Assembly: GCA_030706385.1 (NCBI GenBank)
Contig: JAUZOQ010000005.1
Coordinates: forward strand, 832 to 64,831
DNA length: 64,000 bases
Direction: 5' to 3'
Source of the DNA: Bacteroidota bacterium
GTDB taxonomy: Bacteria > Bacteroidota > Ignavibacteria > Palsa-1295
The notes beneath the pieces are model-generated. The model searched no databases. It saw only the letters and a program-made list of their open reading frames with translations, and was not told the origin of the DNA. The first letter of the stretch is position 1. Every line of letters starts with the position of its first letter. Below are positions 38,228-48,877 of this stretch, in pieces. The position numbers and the translations under genes were made by a program.

Positions 38228-39027
38228 AGTTCAGCCGTGCATACGCCATCGTTCTTAGGTACGCATATCTATTGCGAGGCAGCGCGACGCGTATTGTTCC
38301 GCTATTTGCCTGGAGTGTTATCGATATCGTGCTCTGGGGTTTCATCACGAAATACCTGAACCGCGTGGCAACATCGGAGATCGACTTCGTCCCAATGCTG
38401 CTAGGAGCAGTGCTGTTCTGGGATTTCTTCACCCGAGTGATGCAAGGAGTTACGACAACTTTTTTTGAAGATGTCTGGTCTCGAAATTTCTTGAATATCT
38501 TCTCCACGCCGATGAAGATCTCGGAGTATCTAACCGGACTGGTTGCAACGACGACGATCACCAGCACTGTCGGTCTTGCGGCAATGCTTATCATGGCTTC
38601 AGCGGCATTCGGCTTATCATTTTTCTCCTACGGGCTGATGTTTATTCCGTTTGTTCTCGTCCTCGTTCTTTTCGGGATTGCGTTCGGGATCTTCGCCTGT
38701 GCCTTAGTTCTACGTCTTGGTCCTGCATCGGAATGGTTTATCTGGCCGATACCGGCAATTCTTGCACCATTTGCCGGAGTATTTTATCCCGTTTCCACCC
38801 TTCCGGAATGGATGCAGTACATCTCCCGAATTCTTCCGGCAAGCTATGTATTCGAAGGTATGCGTGATGTCGTTTCACACCGGACCGTTGCCCTGACACC
38901 GGTTCTCATCGGAGGAGGTATTGCAATTCTCTACATCCTTCTCGCTTATTGGACGTTCTCCCGGGTTTATCGATATGCTGTTGAGAATGGGCTGATCGCC
39001 AGGTATAGCGCAGAATCTGTCGGGTAA
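38224..39027 (+). CDS. ABC-2 exporter permease
   Basis: Six TMs, GVFYPVSTLPEW...LPASYVFEGMR. Confidence 0.9.
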   Translation: MKFSRAYAIVLRYAYLLRGSATRIVPLFAWSVIDIVLWGFITKYLNRVATSEIDFVPMLLGAVLFWDFFTRVMQGVTTTFFEDVWSRNFLNIFSTPMKISEYLTGLVATTTITSTVGLAAMLIMASAAFGLSFFSYGLMFIPFVLVLVLFGIAFGIFACALVLRLGPASEWFIWPIPAILAPFAGVFYPVSTLPEWMQYISRILPASYVFEGMRDVVSHRTVALTPVLIGGGIAILYILLAYWTFSRVYRYAVENGLIARYSAESVG

Positions 39028-39166
39028 CAATATTATCCTCTAACACACTAATTATCAATAGGTTATCGACCTACGGGAATATTCCTTATCCTGGTTTGTC
39101 ACACGAATTTCCTCCCAGTCGTTAAGAGTATATACATTAAAAATAATAGCATATATTTCACGACCA

Positions 39167-39574
39167 ATGACTACTCAAATTATGAAACTCGCTCTTATCG
39201 CCGCAATCGGCATGATCTTTTCCTTCGGTGCTCAAAGAGCCGATGCACAATTTTCCAAAGCAGTTGTACTTCTTAAGGGCACCGTTCGCATGGATCAGAG
39301 CGGCAAGGCATATTCGGCGAAGGTCAGCCTCCGTCTTGCCGAAGATAAAGATGCCGAGATCAGCGCAGCCCGCTCCAACAGCGAAACCGGAAACTACCTC
39401 CTGGTATTGCAGCCGAACAAAAAATATGTGATCCACATCGAGGGCCAGGACATTGCCGCTCAAGATGAGCTTATCGAAACTCCGGCTACCGATAGTACGA
39501 TCAAGATGAGCAAGGATTTTACTGTTGCGCCAACTTCGATCGGTAGTTCACAGGACAAAGCAAGTCTTAAGTAA
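39167..39574 (+). CDS. Small exported protein, carboxypeptidase-regulatory-like fold
   Basis: Signal peptide; LKGTV...SNSETGNYLLVLQPNKKYVIHIE; ECF-like TGTCAC-N17-CGTT at 39097-39123. Confidence 0.65.
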   Translation: MTTQIMKLALIAAIGMIFSFGAQRADAQFSKAVVLLKGTVRMDQSGKAYSAKVSLRLAEDKDAEISAARSNSETGNYLLVLQPNKKYVIHIEGQDIAAQDELIETPATDSTIKMSKDFTVAPTSIGSSQDKASLK

Positions 39575-39703
39575 GCATTCTGCAATGAGCACCCGGGAAC
39601 CTTGTGTTTCCTGGGTTCATCGATATGTGCTTGGCCCTCCATTTTTCCCGAACCTAAACTCCTTTCCTTTTAGTTTTAGAGACGGATAATAAAGAAAAAC
39701 CGC

Positions 39704-40582
39704 TTGCCGTCAGTATTTCGTCATCTTTTCAAACCGGACCCCTACTCGCAAAGCGAGGAGGATAAGCTCGTTCAGGAAGAGCTGCTTGCGCAGGGCCCGC
39801 TGCCGGGCCATGTGGCTATTATCATGGATGGCAACGGACGCTGGGCTGAAGAACGAGGTTTTCCGCGGGCTGCAGGCCATCAAGCAGGGATCGCAAGTGT
39901 TAGGGATGCTACACGTGCCTCACGAGAACTTGGATTGACTCACTTGACACTCTATGCATTCAGCACGGAGAACTGGAAACGTCCGCGCCGCGAAGTCGGA
40001 ATGCTTATGCGCCTGTTGAGGAAGATGCTGCACGAAGAACTTGAGGAGATGAGCCAAAATGGCGTTCGCTTGAATACGATCGGACAGACGAATGCCCTGC
40101 CAAAGGAAGTGCAACACGATCTTTTTGCTGCCATCGATAAGACTGCTGATAATAAGGGCCTGACGCTGACTCTTGCGTTGTCCTACTCCGGCAGATGGGA
40201 TCTCGTCCGCGCCTCGCAGCTTCTGGCACTCGATGTACGCCGCGGTAAAGTATCACCGGAAGATATTAATGATGAAATGCTTGCTTCCTATCTCACCACT
40301 GCCGAGCTTCCCGATCCCGACCTGCTGATCCGCACTTCGGGTGAAGTACGCTTGTCGAATTTCATGCTTTGGGAGCTTGCCTATAGCGAGATCTATGTGA
40401 CGAAAACAAGTTGGCCCGATTTCCGTAGAGAGCATCTTTACGAAGCGATTCGTGAGTACCAGAAGCGCGAACGCCGCTTCGGTATGACGGGAGCGCAGAT
40501 CAAGAATTCGGAAGATGTTCCGCAGGCCCATTCATCGTACGTGAAGGATATCGTTCGCGTTCTCACAAAAGGGACGATCTAA
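39704..40582 (+). CDS. uppS: Undecaprenyl diphosphate synthase
   Basis: HVAIIMDGNGRWA, YAFSTENWKRP, PDLLIRTSGE.RLSNF. Confidence 0.97.
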   Translation: MPSVFRHLFKPDPYSQSEEDKLVQEELLAQGPLPGHVAIIMDGNGRWAEERGFPRAAGHQAGIASVRDATRASRELGLTHLTLYAFSTENWKRPRREVGMLMRLLRKMLHEELEEMSQNGVRLNTIGQTNALPKEVQHDLFAAIDKTADNKGLTLTLALSYSGRWDLVRASQLLALDVRRGKVSPEDINDEMLASYLTTAELPDPDLLIRTSGEVRLSNFMLWELAYSEIYVTKTSWPDFRREHLYEAIREYQKRERRFGMTGAQIKNSEDVPQAHSSYVKDIVRVLTKGTI

Positions 40583-40595
40583 CAATTTCTGTTTA

Positions 40596-43130
40596 ATGAA
40601 CACATCACTCTTACAATGTCATCGCGAGGCATCCGCTTCCTCCTTGGAAAGTAATCTCTCCGACAAAGGCAAAAGCTTGCTTCAGGCTCTTCGCACGATT
40701 GGAGCAATATGTGCGATAGCCATGCTTATTGTATGCTTTCAGAGTAGCTCCTTCGCGCAGACACCGGGGGAGCAAGAATACACTGTACTTGGCGTAAGTG
40801 TGGAGGGGAATGAGTCAGGAAGTGCCGAGACGATAATTGCTCAAAGCGGGATCAGGAAAGGTGATAAGGTTACCATCCCTTCGGATGAGGTACGCCGTGC
40901 CATCACAAGGCTATGGCAGCAGAATATTTTTTCCGATGTGAATATTGAGGCTACAAAGATCATTCCGCAAGATGGCGGAACGCTCGGAGTTTATCTGACG
41001 ATCAAGGTTAAGGAATTCCGCCATTGTGATTCCGTTATCATCGATGGTTACAAACACCTTTCACTTTCCGATATTGAAAAGACTTTTACCTTCTACAAGA
41101 ACGATTTCCTCCGCCCATGGGAAGTTGCAAATATCAAAGAGAAGATCAAAGCTGCCTATGTCAAAGAAGGATATCAATACGCCGATATCACTTCCGAGGT
41201 AAAGCCCGTTAATGACGGTACAGGGAAGGTTCATCTGTATCTGCACATCAATGAAGGCACGGAGGTGACGATCCGCCATATCGATTTTACCGGGAATACG
41301 AATGTATCTTCGAGCGATCTGCGAGGAGCGATGGATGATACGCATGAAAAACCTCACTTCCCTTCCTTCAAAGCCATATTCCATAGCGGTACGTTCGATG
41401 AGAAGAAACTTGCGGACGATAAGCAGAAGATCCTCGCATTTTACCGGACGAAGGGCTATCGCGATGCAGCTATTCTGGGCGATTCGATCTGGGTCACGGA
41501 TAAGGAAGATCTCAATATCCTGATCAATGTCTACGAAGGCCCTCAGTATTACCTGCGCAATATCTCCATCATCGGCAACGAAGTGTTCAGCGAGGCTGAG
41601 ATCCGAACCAATCTCGGATTCAAGAAGGGCGATGTTTATAATGTCGAGAAATTTCAGTTGAACTTGAAAGGCCCGACGCAGGATTTTATCGATGTCGGTT
41701 CGCTCTACTATGACCGAGGGTATATTGTCAATATCGAACCGGTTGAGAGTATCGTCCCGAAGAAAGAGGGCGATACCGGCCCGGATTCTCTCGATATTGC
41801 CATCCACATCAACGAAGGCAAGCGACATTATCTGCGGAATATCGATATCGCCGGAAATACGAAGACGAAAGATTATGTGATCCGCCGCGAGCTCTATACG
41901 CGCCCTGGAGATCCATTTAGCCGCTCAGCGATCATCCGTTCGCTTCGGCAGCTTGCGCAGCTGAATTATTTCAATCAGGAAAAACTTGTGCCCGATGTGA
42001 AGCCTGTTGCCGATGCAACAGAATTCGATGTGACGTATAATGTCGAAGAAAAATCCAGCGATACCTTTAATGCCTCATTAGGATATGGCGGCTCGTTGGG
42101 ACTAACCGGATCGATCGGCGTCTCCTTCAATAATTTTGATATCGCCGATCCGCTTCATGGCGGAGCCGGCCAGATCGCAAGTGTTTCGGCTGAGTTCGGA
42201 CAGCTTAATTACCGCACGCTTTCGATCAGCTTTACCGAGCCCTGGCTCTGGCAAGAGCCGACGGCTCTGGGTTTTTCGATCTTTAACCAGCAAAGTAATA
42301 TCTATTACAGCATCGTTCGCACGGGCGCCACGATCTCGATCGGACGCCGCTTCCGTGTGCCCGATGATTTCTTCCGCGGCGATTGGACATTGCTCGGCCA
42401 GCATTCCGATATTACTTCCGGAGGCGGTATCTACACTCCCGGAATTCATGACGAAATCAGTTTGCAACAGGTGATCTCCCGGAATTCCACCGATGATCCG
42501 CTCTTTCCAGCCGGAGGATCCGATCTCTCTTTCCTTACGAAGATCGCTTATCTGCCGACGAAATCGATTCCGCCGAACGAGCCGGCAAATTATTATAAAG
42601 TCGGTTTCACTTTGAAGTTTTATACAACACTTGCGCAGTTCAATCCGACTAATAAATTAGTCCTTGCAACAGTAGCCGATGTCGGTCAGCTTGGCGGCAT
42701 CAGCGGTGCACCGTTTGTTCCTCCGCAGGAACGCTTCACCATGGGCGGTTCGGGTTTAGCGACCGGATTCTATACTGTTCCGCTGCGTGGATATAACGAC
42801 GCATCGATCGGCATTCAGACTGCGCCCGGATCGACATATTCTCAGGGTGGATTATTCTATAATCGTTACGTCGCTGAGCTTCGCTTCCAGATTTCGCGCG
42901 AACCGATTCCGATTTTTGTTGAGGCCTTTGCCGAAGCAGGAAATGTCTGGGCAGATTTTTCGAATAGCGATCCGTTCTCGTTGAAACGAGCGGCAGGATT
43001 TGGAGCCCGCGTTCAAGTCCCGGCTGTCGGACTTATCGGTATTGACCTAGGTTACGGATTTGATAGCAACGTGCCGTTCGGCCCGGTCAGCGGCTGGCAT
43101 ACACATTTCCAGTTCGGAAGATTCTTCTAA
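40596..43130 (+). CDS. bamA: Outer membrane protein assembly factor BamA
   Basis: POTRA repeats (GNTKTKDYVIRRE), LRGY motif, C-terminal FQFGRFF; follows uppS. Confidence 0.95.
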   Translation: MNTSLLQCHREASASSLESNLSDKGKSLLQALRTIGAICAIAMLIVCFQSSSFAQTPGEQEYTVLGVSVEGNESGSAETIIAQSGIRKGDKVTIPSDEVRRAITRLWQQNIFSDVNIEATKIIPQDGGTLGVYLTIKVKEFRHCDSVIIDGYKHLSLSDIEKTFTFYKNDFLRPWEVANIKEKIKAAYVKEGYQYADITSEVKPVNDGTGKVHLYLHINEGTEVTIRHIDFTGNTNVSSSDLRGAMDDTHEKPHFPSFKAIFHSGTFDEKKLADDKQKILAFYRTKGYRDAAILGDSIWVTDKEDLNILINVYEGPQYYLRNISIIGNEVFSEAEIRTNLGFKKGDVYNVEKFQLNLKGPTQDFIDVGSLYYDRGYIVNIEPVESIVPKKEGDTGPDSLDIAIHINEGKRHYLRNIDIAGNTKTKDYVIRRELYTRPGDPFSRSAIIRSLRQLAQLNYFNQEKLVPDVKPVADATEFDVTYNVEEKSSDTFNASLGYGGSLGLTGSIGVSFNNFDIADPLHGGAGQIASVSAEFGQLNYRTLSISFTEPWLWQEPTALGFSIFNQQSNIYYSIVRTGATISIGRRFRVPDDFFRGDWTLLGQHSDITSGGGIYTPGIHDEISLQQVISRNSTDDPLFPAGGSDLSFLTKIAYLPTKSIPPNEPANYYKVGFTLKFYTTLAQFNPTNKLVLATVADVGQLGGISGAPFVPPQERFTMGGSGLATGFYTVPLRGYNDASIGIQTAPGSTYSQGGLFYNRYVAELRFQISREPIPIFVEAFAEAGNVWADFSNSDPFSLKRAAGFGARVQVPAVGLIGIDLGYGFDSNVPFGPVSGWHTHFQFGRFF

Positions 43131-43175
43131 GAGTGCAGGAGCAAATAGTCACGTAATCGGCAAGTGCCGGTGGAT

Positions 43176-43910
43176 TTAGTATTTATCCAGATTGATCGCA
43201 TACTGAGCAGTGAGGATCAGCCCTGCATGACCGAATGTACCGTCATTGTAGTAATTCGGAATCCTTGAAACATCGGGCAGGCCCAACCCTCCGTTGAATC
43301 CAAGCATAAAACTGAGCGAATTCTTTTCTAGCGGAATGCGGAGGCCAATATCGTATTCGAACTCGATGATTCCGTATGAATTGTGGCTGCCAATACCTTC
43401 GGCATCACCAAGCGTTACTCGGTACGCTCCGATGAGAGCGACCTTGGAGAGACTCGTATAGTTTGTCTTGTTCCCAAAACCAAGAGCCAGGATAACAAGC
43501 GATCCCGACCTGGACACGGAATCGTTGTAATTCTTATAGTAATTGAAACCTCTCGTGCCTACTTCAAAATACCATCCTCCATATAATTCACGGCTGAGCG
43601 AACGCGGACCGAAACGGAAAACATCTCCGTGCTGCGTCTGATGAATTCCTAAAGCCCATGCATCGTAGTAAAAATCAAATCCTGCATTCGCCTTATCGAT
43701 GAAACCATCATGCGCATTTGCACCGCCGATAATCGGAAATCCTGCAGAAAACACGAAACCATAGGGAAGTGCTAGCGATGCCGTCTTCCATGTTTCCGGG
43801 TTGCCTTCCGATTGATCGACAGTTCGTTCGTTCGGCGTTTGAGCAACGAGATGACCGCAGACTATGAGCAATACTAATGCTGCGAGAAATCCTCTTGAAG
43901 CGAGTTTCAT
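43176..43910 (-). CDS. Exported, probably outer-membrane beta-barrel protein (paralog of 44751-45494)
   Basis: Signal peptide; aromatic/Gly-rich amphipathic strands. Confidence 0.65.
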   Translation of the reverse strand: MKLASRGFLAALVLLIVCGHLVAQTPNERTVDQSEGNPETWKTASLALPYGFVFSAGFPIIGGANAHDGFIDKANAGFDFYYDAWALGIHQTQHGDVFRFGPRSLSRELYGGWYFEVGTRGFNYYKNYNDSVSRSGSLVILALGFGNKTNYTSLSKVALIGAYRVTLGDAEGIGSHNSYGIIEFEYDIGLRIPLEKNSLSFMLGFNGGLGLPDVSRIPNYYNDGTFGHAGLILTAQYAINLDKY

Positions 43911-43939
43911 GTTACATGTTGAATAGTTGTGCGAGACTC

Positions 43940-44731
43940 TCAGAGACGTTTTTTCTTTTTCTCGCCTTTCGAGGGAAATTCCTTGAAGCTGTCATGCCAC
44001 ATCGGCGGATCGAAGATCACCTTCGCTGCATGAGAAGCTGCTTCCATATAACTATCGCCCGAGCACTCGTAGAGTGCTTTCGGAACGGCGATTGTAAAAG
44101 GCTCATTGTAGAAATTGATCACATGAGCATTTTCGACGACTCCATAATATGAATTCTTCCAGAGTTCTTCTCCGTTCGATACATTGAAGAATCCCGAATT
44201 GGTAATATACATATACCCTTCGTAGACGTTGATATGCGTCGTCCGCGTATTCCATCCGTAGGTCACACCGGCGACTTTTGACCACTGATTGAACCCGGTA
44301 TAGTAGGCAATGAATACTCCGTCATAGCCTTGCTTCTTTGCATCGGCAATGCAATCTTCCAGAGTAACTTTCTCTCCCTGTGGCAGATTGGTCGAAGCAT
44401 GAGCCGTATATCCTCTATCGAGCAGCTCTTTCGTAATGGCGTTCGCCAATTCAAGACTCGGACCGCTGTTGGCCGTATCGGGATAGAATTTCGCACCCTG
44501 CTGCACTTCATCAGGAAATACGGAGGTCGATTCGAGAAAGTTGTAGACGCCGCCACGTGTCTCGCCGTTGGAGAATACATAGACACCTACCGATTTCATC
44601 TGGTGAACTTCAGATGTATCGCCTAATGAGGTGTGGAAAAAGTCGCCTTTGTTGCCGACGAATAGTCCGCTGCAGGATGAGAGCAGTAGCGATGCTGTGC
44701 AGAGAACGAAGATGGATAATTTGTTTTTCAT
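43940..44731 (-). CDS. Lipoprotein of unknown function
   Basis: Lipobox LLSSC; start re-placed to MKNKLS. Confidence 0.7.
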   Translation of the reverse strand: MKNKLSIFVLCTASLLLSSCSGLFVGNKGDFFHTSLGDTSEVHQMKSVGVYVFSNGETRGGVYNFLESTSVFPDEVQQGAKFYPDTANSGPSLELANAITKELLDRGYTAHASTNLPQGEKVTLEDCIADAKKQGYDGVFIAYYTGFNQWSKVAGVTYGWNTRTTHINVYEGYMYITNSGFFNVSNGEELWKNSYYGVVENAHVINFYNEPFTIAVPKALYECSGDSYMEAASHAAKVIFDPPMWHDSFKEFPSKGEKKKKRL

Positions 44732-44750
44732 AGGAAGTGAATGCTGAAGA

Positions 44751-45494
44751 TTATTGATTATCAAAATTAAGTGCGAACTGCGTCGTAAGTTTTATTCCCC
44801 AAAATCCGTGAGGTTTGGGATCGCTGGAATCCGAGGCAACGGGGCTATCGATATCGGGAAATCCGCCGCCACCATAGATGCGCGCATAGATCGACAGGGC
44901 GTTCTTTGCCATTGGGATCCGAACTCCGACATCGTATTCGGCTTCAGCAATGAAGAAGTGATCATCTCCGACACCGACGGCATATCCGAGATTAACTCCA
45001 TAGCCACCCATAAGGGGGACTGTAGCGGAGTTTACTGCTTTCTCAGCATAATATCCGAATACATACGTCGTAGCTGAGACCCGGCTTGTATCATTGACCG
45101 ATTGATCCAGGATTGAGTTATATGTGCTCGTGAAATGACTATAGGTTCTCGATCCTATTTCAAAGAACCAGCCGCTTGCCATATCTCTGCTTATGGAACG
45201 TGGACTGATCCGGAATCCGGCGCCATGCTCCGTCTGATGATAGCCGAGCGACCATGCATCGTAATAGGCATCGATACCGAAGGCAATCTTATCACCAAAG
45301 CCCATGTTGGCATTCGGTCCTCCGACAATGGGATATCCGAACGAGCCGATAAATCCGAACGGCGTCGGAAGAGAGGAAGTCTTCCAATCTTCAGGGCTAA
45401 TGTCGTATTTGTCTTTTGGGTTTTGCGCTAAGGCATGTGAACAGGTTAAGACGAACAATGCCGCTATAAGCAGCCGGGGAATATTTATCTTCAT
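44751..45494 (-). CDS. Exported, probably outer-membrane beta-barrel protein (paralog of 43176-43910)
   Basis: Shares WKT.SL..P.GF, GG.NA..GF.DK, YYDAW.LG.HQT.HG, GW.FE.G.R, EYD.G.RIP..KN.LS with its paralog. Confidence 0.65.
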   Translation of the reverse strand: MKINIPRLLIAALFVLTCSHALAQNPKDKYDISPEDWKTSSLPTPFGFIGSFGYPIVGGPNANMGFGDKIAFGIDAYYDAWSLGYHQTEHGAGFRISPRSISRDMASGWFFEIGSRTYSHFTSTYNSILDQSVNDTSRVSATTYVFGYYAEKAVNSATVPLMGGYGVNLGYAVGVGDDHFFIAEAEYDVGVRIPMAKNALSIYARIYGGGGFPDIDSPVASDSSDPKPHGFWGIKLTTQFALNFDNQ

Positions 45495-45728
45495 GTGGCT
45501 CTCGGGGATGGTTAATTGTATGGTATCCCTAACATTAAAAGAAATCCGACTAACAACTCTTTCCTACCAATGCATAGGAACGCTTACAAATATAGATAAT
45601 AATTATCTTTGTCTCTTACAAATTTAGAAAATAAAATTCGAAGATCGAAGAAAAACTGCATGAATAATCGGCACTCCACTTCGAATCATTCATATATTTG
45701 CAGATCATTATTCATCTTCAGTTCAATT

Positions 45729-47189
45729 ATGTACCAGTCCAGAGTGTTGCCACGCGCCATCGGTATTGCCGCAGTATTTTTCCTTTTCGCTTCTTTGTGC
45801 TCAATGAATCTCTTCGCAGAGCAGAAGAAAACTACGCTTGCTCCGACTAAGAAGCCAAACGGAGCGCATACCTTTGCCGATTTTTCGTTCGTCGGGAAAA
45901 AGGTCGTACCTGCAATTGTAAACATCACTGTGCCGATGTCGAAGACGAGCGAGAAGCGTTTGGAATACTACAAGCAGTATTACAAATCCTTCGGTGATGA
46001 TATCGATATCGATAAATATAGACATCAGTCGATTGGCTCTGGAGTGATCTTTTCTCCGGAAGGATATATCGTGACAAATAATCACGTAGTCGATGATGTC
46101 TACGAAGATAGTATTCTTGTCACTCTCAATGACGGAAGGTCGTATTATGCCGATCTTCTTGGAACAGATAAATCTACCGATCTTGCCGTTCTCCGCATCT
46201 ATGGAAAAGATTTCCCCTACGTTTCTTTTGCTAATAGCGATAGCTTGATGGTCGGCGATTGGGTTGTTGCCGTCGGCAGTCCGCTCGGCTTGAATTCTAC
46301 CGTTACAACAGGCATTGTCAGCGCGCTGAACCGCGATGCTAATATGAAGAAGGATGACGATAAGACGATCCGGAATTTCATCCAGGTCGATGCAGCGATC
46401 AATCCGGGCAATAGCGGTGGCGGGCTGTTCGATCTTGATGGAGCACTCGTCGGTATTAACTGGGGAATATGGACGAACACGGGATATTTTCTCGGTTACG
46501 GATTTTCCATTCCGGGAAATTTAGTACGCAATGTTATCGAAGATCTTATTCCCGATGGAAAGATCCAGCGTGCAACATTGGGAATCGGTGCATCCGATCT
46601 GACTGAAATGAAATGCCAGGCAATTCAGCTCGATCGGGCAAGTGCCGTTCAGGTCGATGAATTCGATAAAGGAAGTGCAGCCGATCTTGCAGGGCTGAAG
46701 GCGAAGGATGTTATCCTCAGTGTTAACGGTTTTCCTATCCGCAATGCAAGCGACTTGCAAAGCATGATGGCCATGCATGCTATCGGCGATAAGATCGATC
46801 TGAAAGTCTGGCGCGATCAGAAGGAGCTACCACTCACCGCTACTCTTCAGGCCGGAGATGAGTTGCCCACCGATTATATCCGCAGAGAGCGCGTTGGGTC
46901 GCTGGGAATCGATCCAGGTCCCTTTCCGGTCGATACTGCTCGAGTCTATGGCTGGACAGCTACTGCAGGAGTGGAGATCGAACGGGAGTCGGACTTTAGT
47001 GCTGCGTTGAAAGCAGGCCTAGTCAATGGAGATGTGATAGTAGCAGCAGGGGGAACACCAATAGCAAGTGCGGATGATCTTTCTCAGAAGCTCTCTTCTG
47101 CCAAACCGGGCCAAGTCATTAGCATAAGCGTTCTGCGCGGCAAAGAAAAGATCACGAAAGATGTGATCTTACAGAGCAAAGCGAAGTAA
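45729..47189 (+). CDS. htrA: HtrA/DegP serine protease with two PDZ domains
   Basis: TNNHV, DLAVL, DAAINPGNSGG; start placed at MYQSRV (uncertain). Confidence 0.92.
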   Translation: MYQSRVLPRAIGIAAVFFLFASLCSMNLFAEQKKTTLAPTKKPNGAHTFADFSFVGKKVVPAIVNITVPMSKTSEKRLEYYKQYYKSFGDDIDIDKYRHQSIGSGVIFSPEGYIVTNNHVVDDVYEDSILVTLNDGRSYYADLLGTDKSTDLAVLRIYGKDFPYVSFANSDSLMVGDWVVAVGSPLGLNSTVTTGIVSALNRDANMKKDDDKTIRNFIQVDAAINPGNSGGGLFDLDGALVGINWGIWTNTGYFLGYGFSIPGNLVRNVIEDLIPDGKIQRATLGIGASDLTEMKCQAIQLDRASAVQVDEFDKGSAADLAGLKAKDVILSVNGFPIRNASDLQSMMAMHAIGDKIDLKVWRDQKELPLTATLQAGDELPTDYIRRERVGSLGIDPGPFPVDTARVYGWTATAGVEIERESDFSAALKAGLVNGDVIVAAGGTPIASADDLSQKLSSAKPGQVISISVLRGKEKITKDVILQSKAK

Positions 47190-47194
47190 TTACT

Positions 47195-47668
47195 TTATCG
47201 CAGATCGATATCAAATTCCAGACGGGCTTCAAGACGGCTCGTGTGACGAAACATCATTATACATTCATGCTGCTCTCTGCCATAGCGCTCTAATCTTTCG
47301 ACAAGAAACATAGGCGCTTTTACCAGCTCTATTCGGTGAAAGCCGATTCTTCCGTAAAACGATGCCAGGTGCGGCGGATTAATGCAATAGCATGGTGTAT
47401 CTCCGATCTCAACATCAAGTAATCCCAGCAATGCCTTACCGATCCCCTGTCGTTGGAACTCGGGAAGAACCATCATACCCCGCAAGACGAGAACTCCATT
47501 TTCAAGGCAAAGCCTAACTCCACCGATGGGTCTCCCACCTTCACTCGCTAAAAAACAAACATCTTCATCCTTAATACCGCCATGATATCCGATAGCTTCA
47601 TACACCGCGGCTATCTCCGGATATCGACCTTTCGAGACTTTTTGAATTTCGAGCGCACTTCGACCCAT
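47195..47668 (-). CDS. GNAT acetyltransferase
   Basis: V.PEFQRQGIGKALL, FYGRIGF. Confidence 0.85.
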   Translation of the reverse strand: MGRSALEIQKVSKGRYPEIAAVYEAIGYHGGIKDEDVCFLASEGGRPIGGVRLCLENGVLVLRGMMVLPEFQRQGIGKALLGLLDVEIGDTPCYCINPPHLASFYGRIGFHRIELVKAPMFLVERLERYGREQHECIMMFRHTSRLEARLEFDIDLR

Positions 47669-47680
47669 AGCTAGTCTACT

Positions 47681-48778
47681 CTATTTCTCCGCCACCACCC
47701 GATTCGTCAGATCGCCAAGCATTTCGATCGAGCACGTTACTTCCTCTCCGGGTTTGACCCATCGGTTATCGTAGACTTTCGAACCGTTTAGTTCTAAGAA
47801 GCAGCCTGTGCCGACGGTGCCGGAACCGATGACATCTCCGGGATAGAGCGTCACACCATAACTTGCGCGTTCGATGATCTGTGCAAACGTCCATGTCATA
47901 TCCTTAAGATTGCCACGGGAGACTTCTTCGGTTCCGATCCGGCATGTCATCGTAAGATCGTAGCGTTCACCTTTCGGGCCTGGAATTCTTCGCGATACAA
48001 GCTCATCTTTCGTCACCAGGTATGGCCCGATCGCTGTTGCAAAATCTTTTCCTTTGGCCGGTCCGAGTGAAAGCTTCATTTCTTCCATCTGCAATGCGCG
48101 TGCACTCCAATCGTTCATCACCATGTATCCGAAGATATACTCGTCCGCATGTTCTGCGCTGATGTTACGTCCTTCTTTGCCGATAACGATCGCCGCTTCA
48201 AGTTCGAAGTCAAGTTTTTTCAGTTGCTCGGGCATCACTGACATTTCGCCCGGACCAATGACGGCCTGATGATTGGTGAAATAGAAGACGGGGAATTCAT
48301 CGAACTCCGGGATCATCTCCACTCCGCGATTGCGCCTGGCAGCTTCGACATGCTGCCGGAAGGCATAGCCATCTCGCATCGAAGTGGGCCGAGGCACGGG
48401 AGCATAGAGCTGAGCCTCGCCGAGTTTCCATGCTATCTGGTAACCGTTATTGAGTTCATCAAAACTCCGCTTGCTGCACCATTCATGCACTTCTATTGCC
48501 CGTTGCAATGCTTCCTCTCCGAGAGCAAGGAGCGTGATGATATCGGAAGGAATTGATCGAATCTGTTTTTCCTCCATACGCATAGCGTAGTTGAGGGAGG
48601 CCGATTCCACATCAACAATATGATCGCCGATGAGAAATCCCAGTCGCCCTATCGGCGCAAGCGGATGATGGACATCTTTGTTCCACACGGAAAATGCATC
48701 GCCGAGCGTGCCCTTGAACGAAGTTGCAGCGCTGTATTTCGGAGATTGTACGGAGCCCTTGAACGTTACGAATTTCAT
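47681..48778 (-). CDS. Fumarylacetoacetate hydrolase family protein
   Basis: RDGYAFRQHV, LDFELE, NDWSAR, KGKDF, PGDVIGSGT; TATTTTTG box at 48802-48809 places the start at MKFVTF. Confidence 0.9.
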   Translation of the reverse strand: MKFVTFKGSVQSPKYSAATSFKGTLGDAFSVWNKDVHHPLAPIGRLGFLIGDHIVDVESASLNYAMRMEEKQIRSIPSDIITLLALGEEALQRAIEVHEWCSKRSFDELNNGYQIAWKLGEAQLYAPVPRPTSMRDGYAFRQHVEAARRNRGVEMIPEFDEFPVFYFTNHQAVIGPGEMSVMPEQLKKLDFELEAAIVIGKEGRNISAEHADEYIFGYMVMNDWSARALQMEEMKLSLGPAKGKDFATAIGPYLVTKDELVSRRIPGPKGERYDLTMTCRIGTEEVSRGNLKDMTWTFAQIIERASYGVTLYPGDVIGSGTVGTGCFLELNGSKVYDNRWVKPGEEVTCSIEMLGDLTNRVVAEK

Positions 48779-48830
48779 CGGTGGTGTGCTTGAATAATAA
48801 ACAAAAATACGGTAACTCGCTATAAACAAT

Positions 48831-48854
48831 AAGGGCATGCCCAAACATGCCCTT
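48831..48854 (-). terminator. Intrinsic terminator candidate
   Basis: AAGGGCATG-N6-CATGCCCTT followed by a T-rich tail on the minus strand. Confidence 0.55.
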
Positions 48855-48877
48855 GACCTGAGAAAATTGATGACTGC

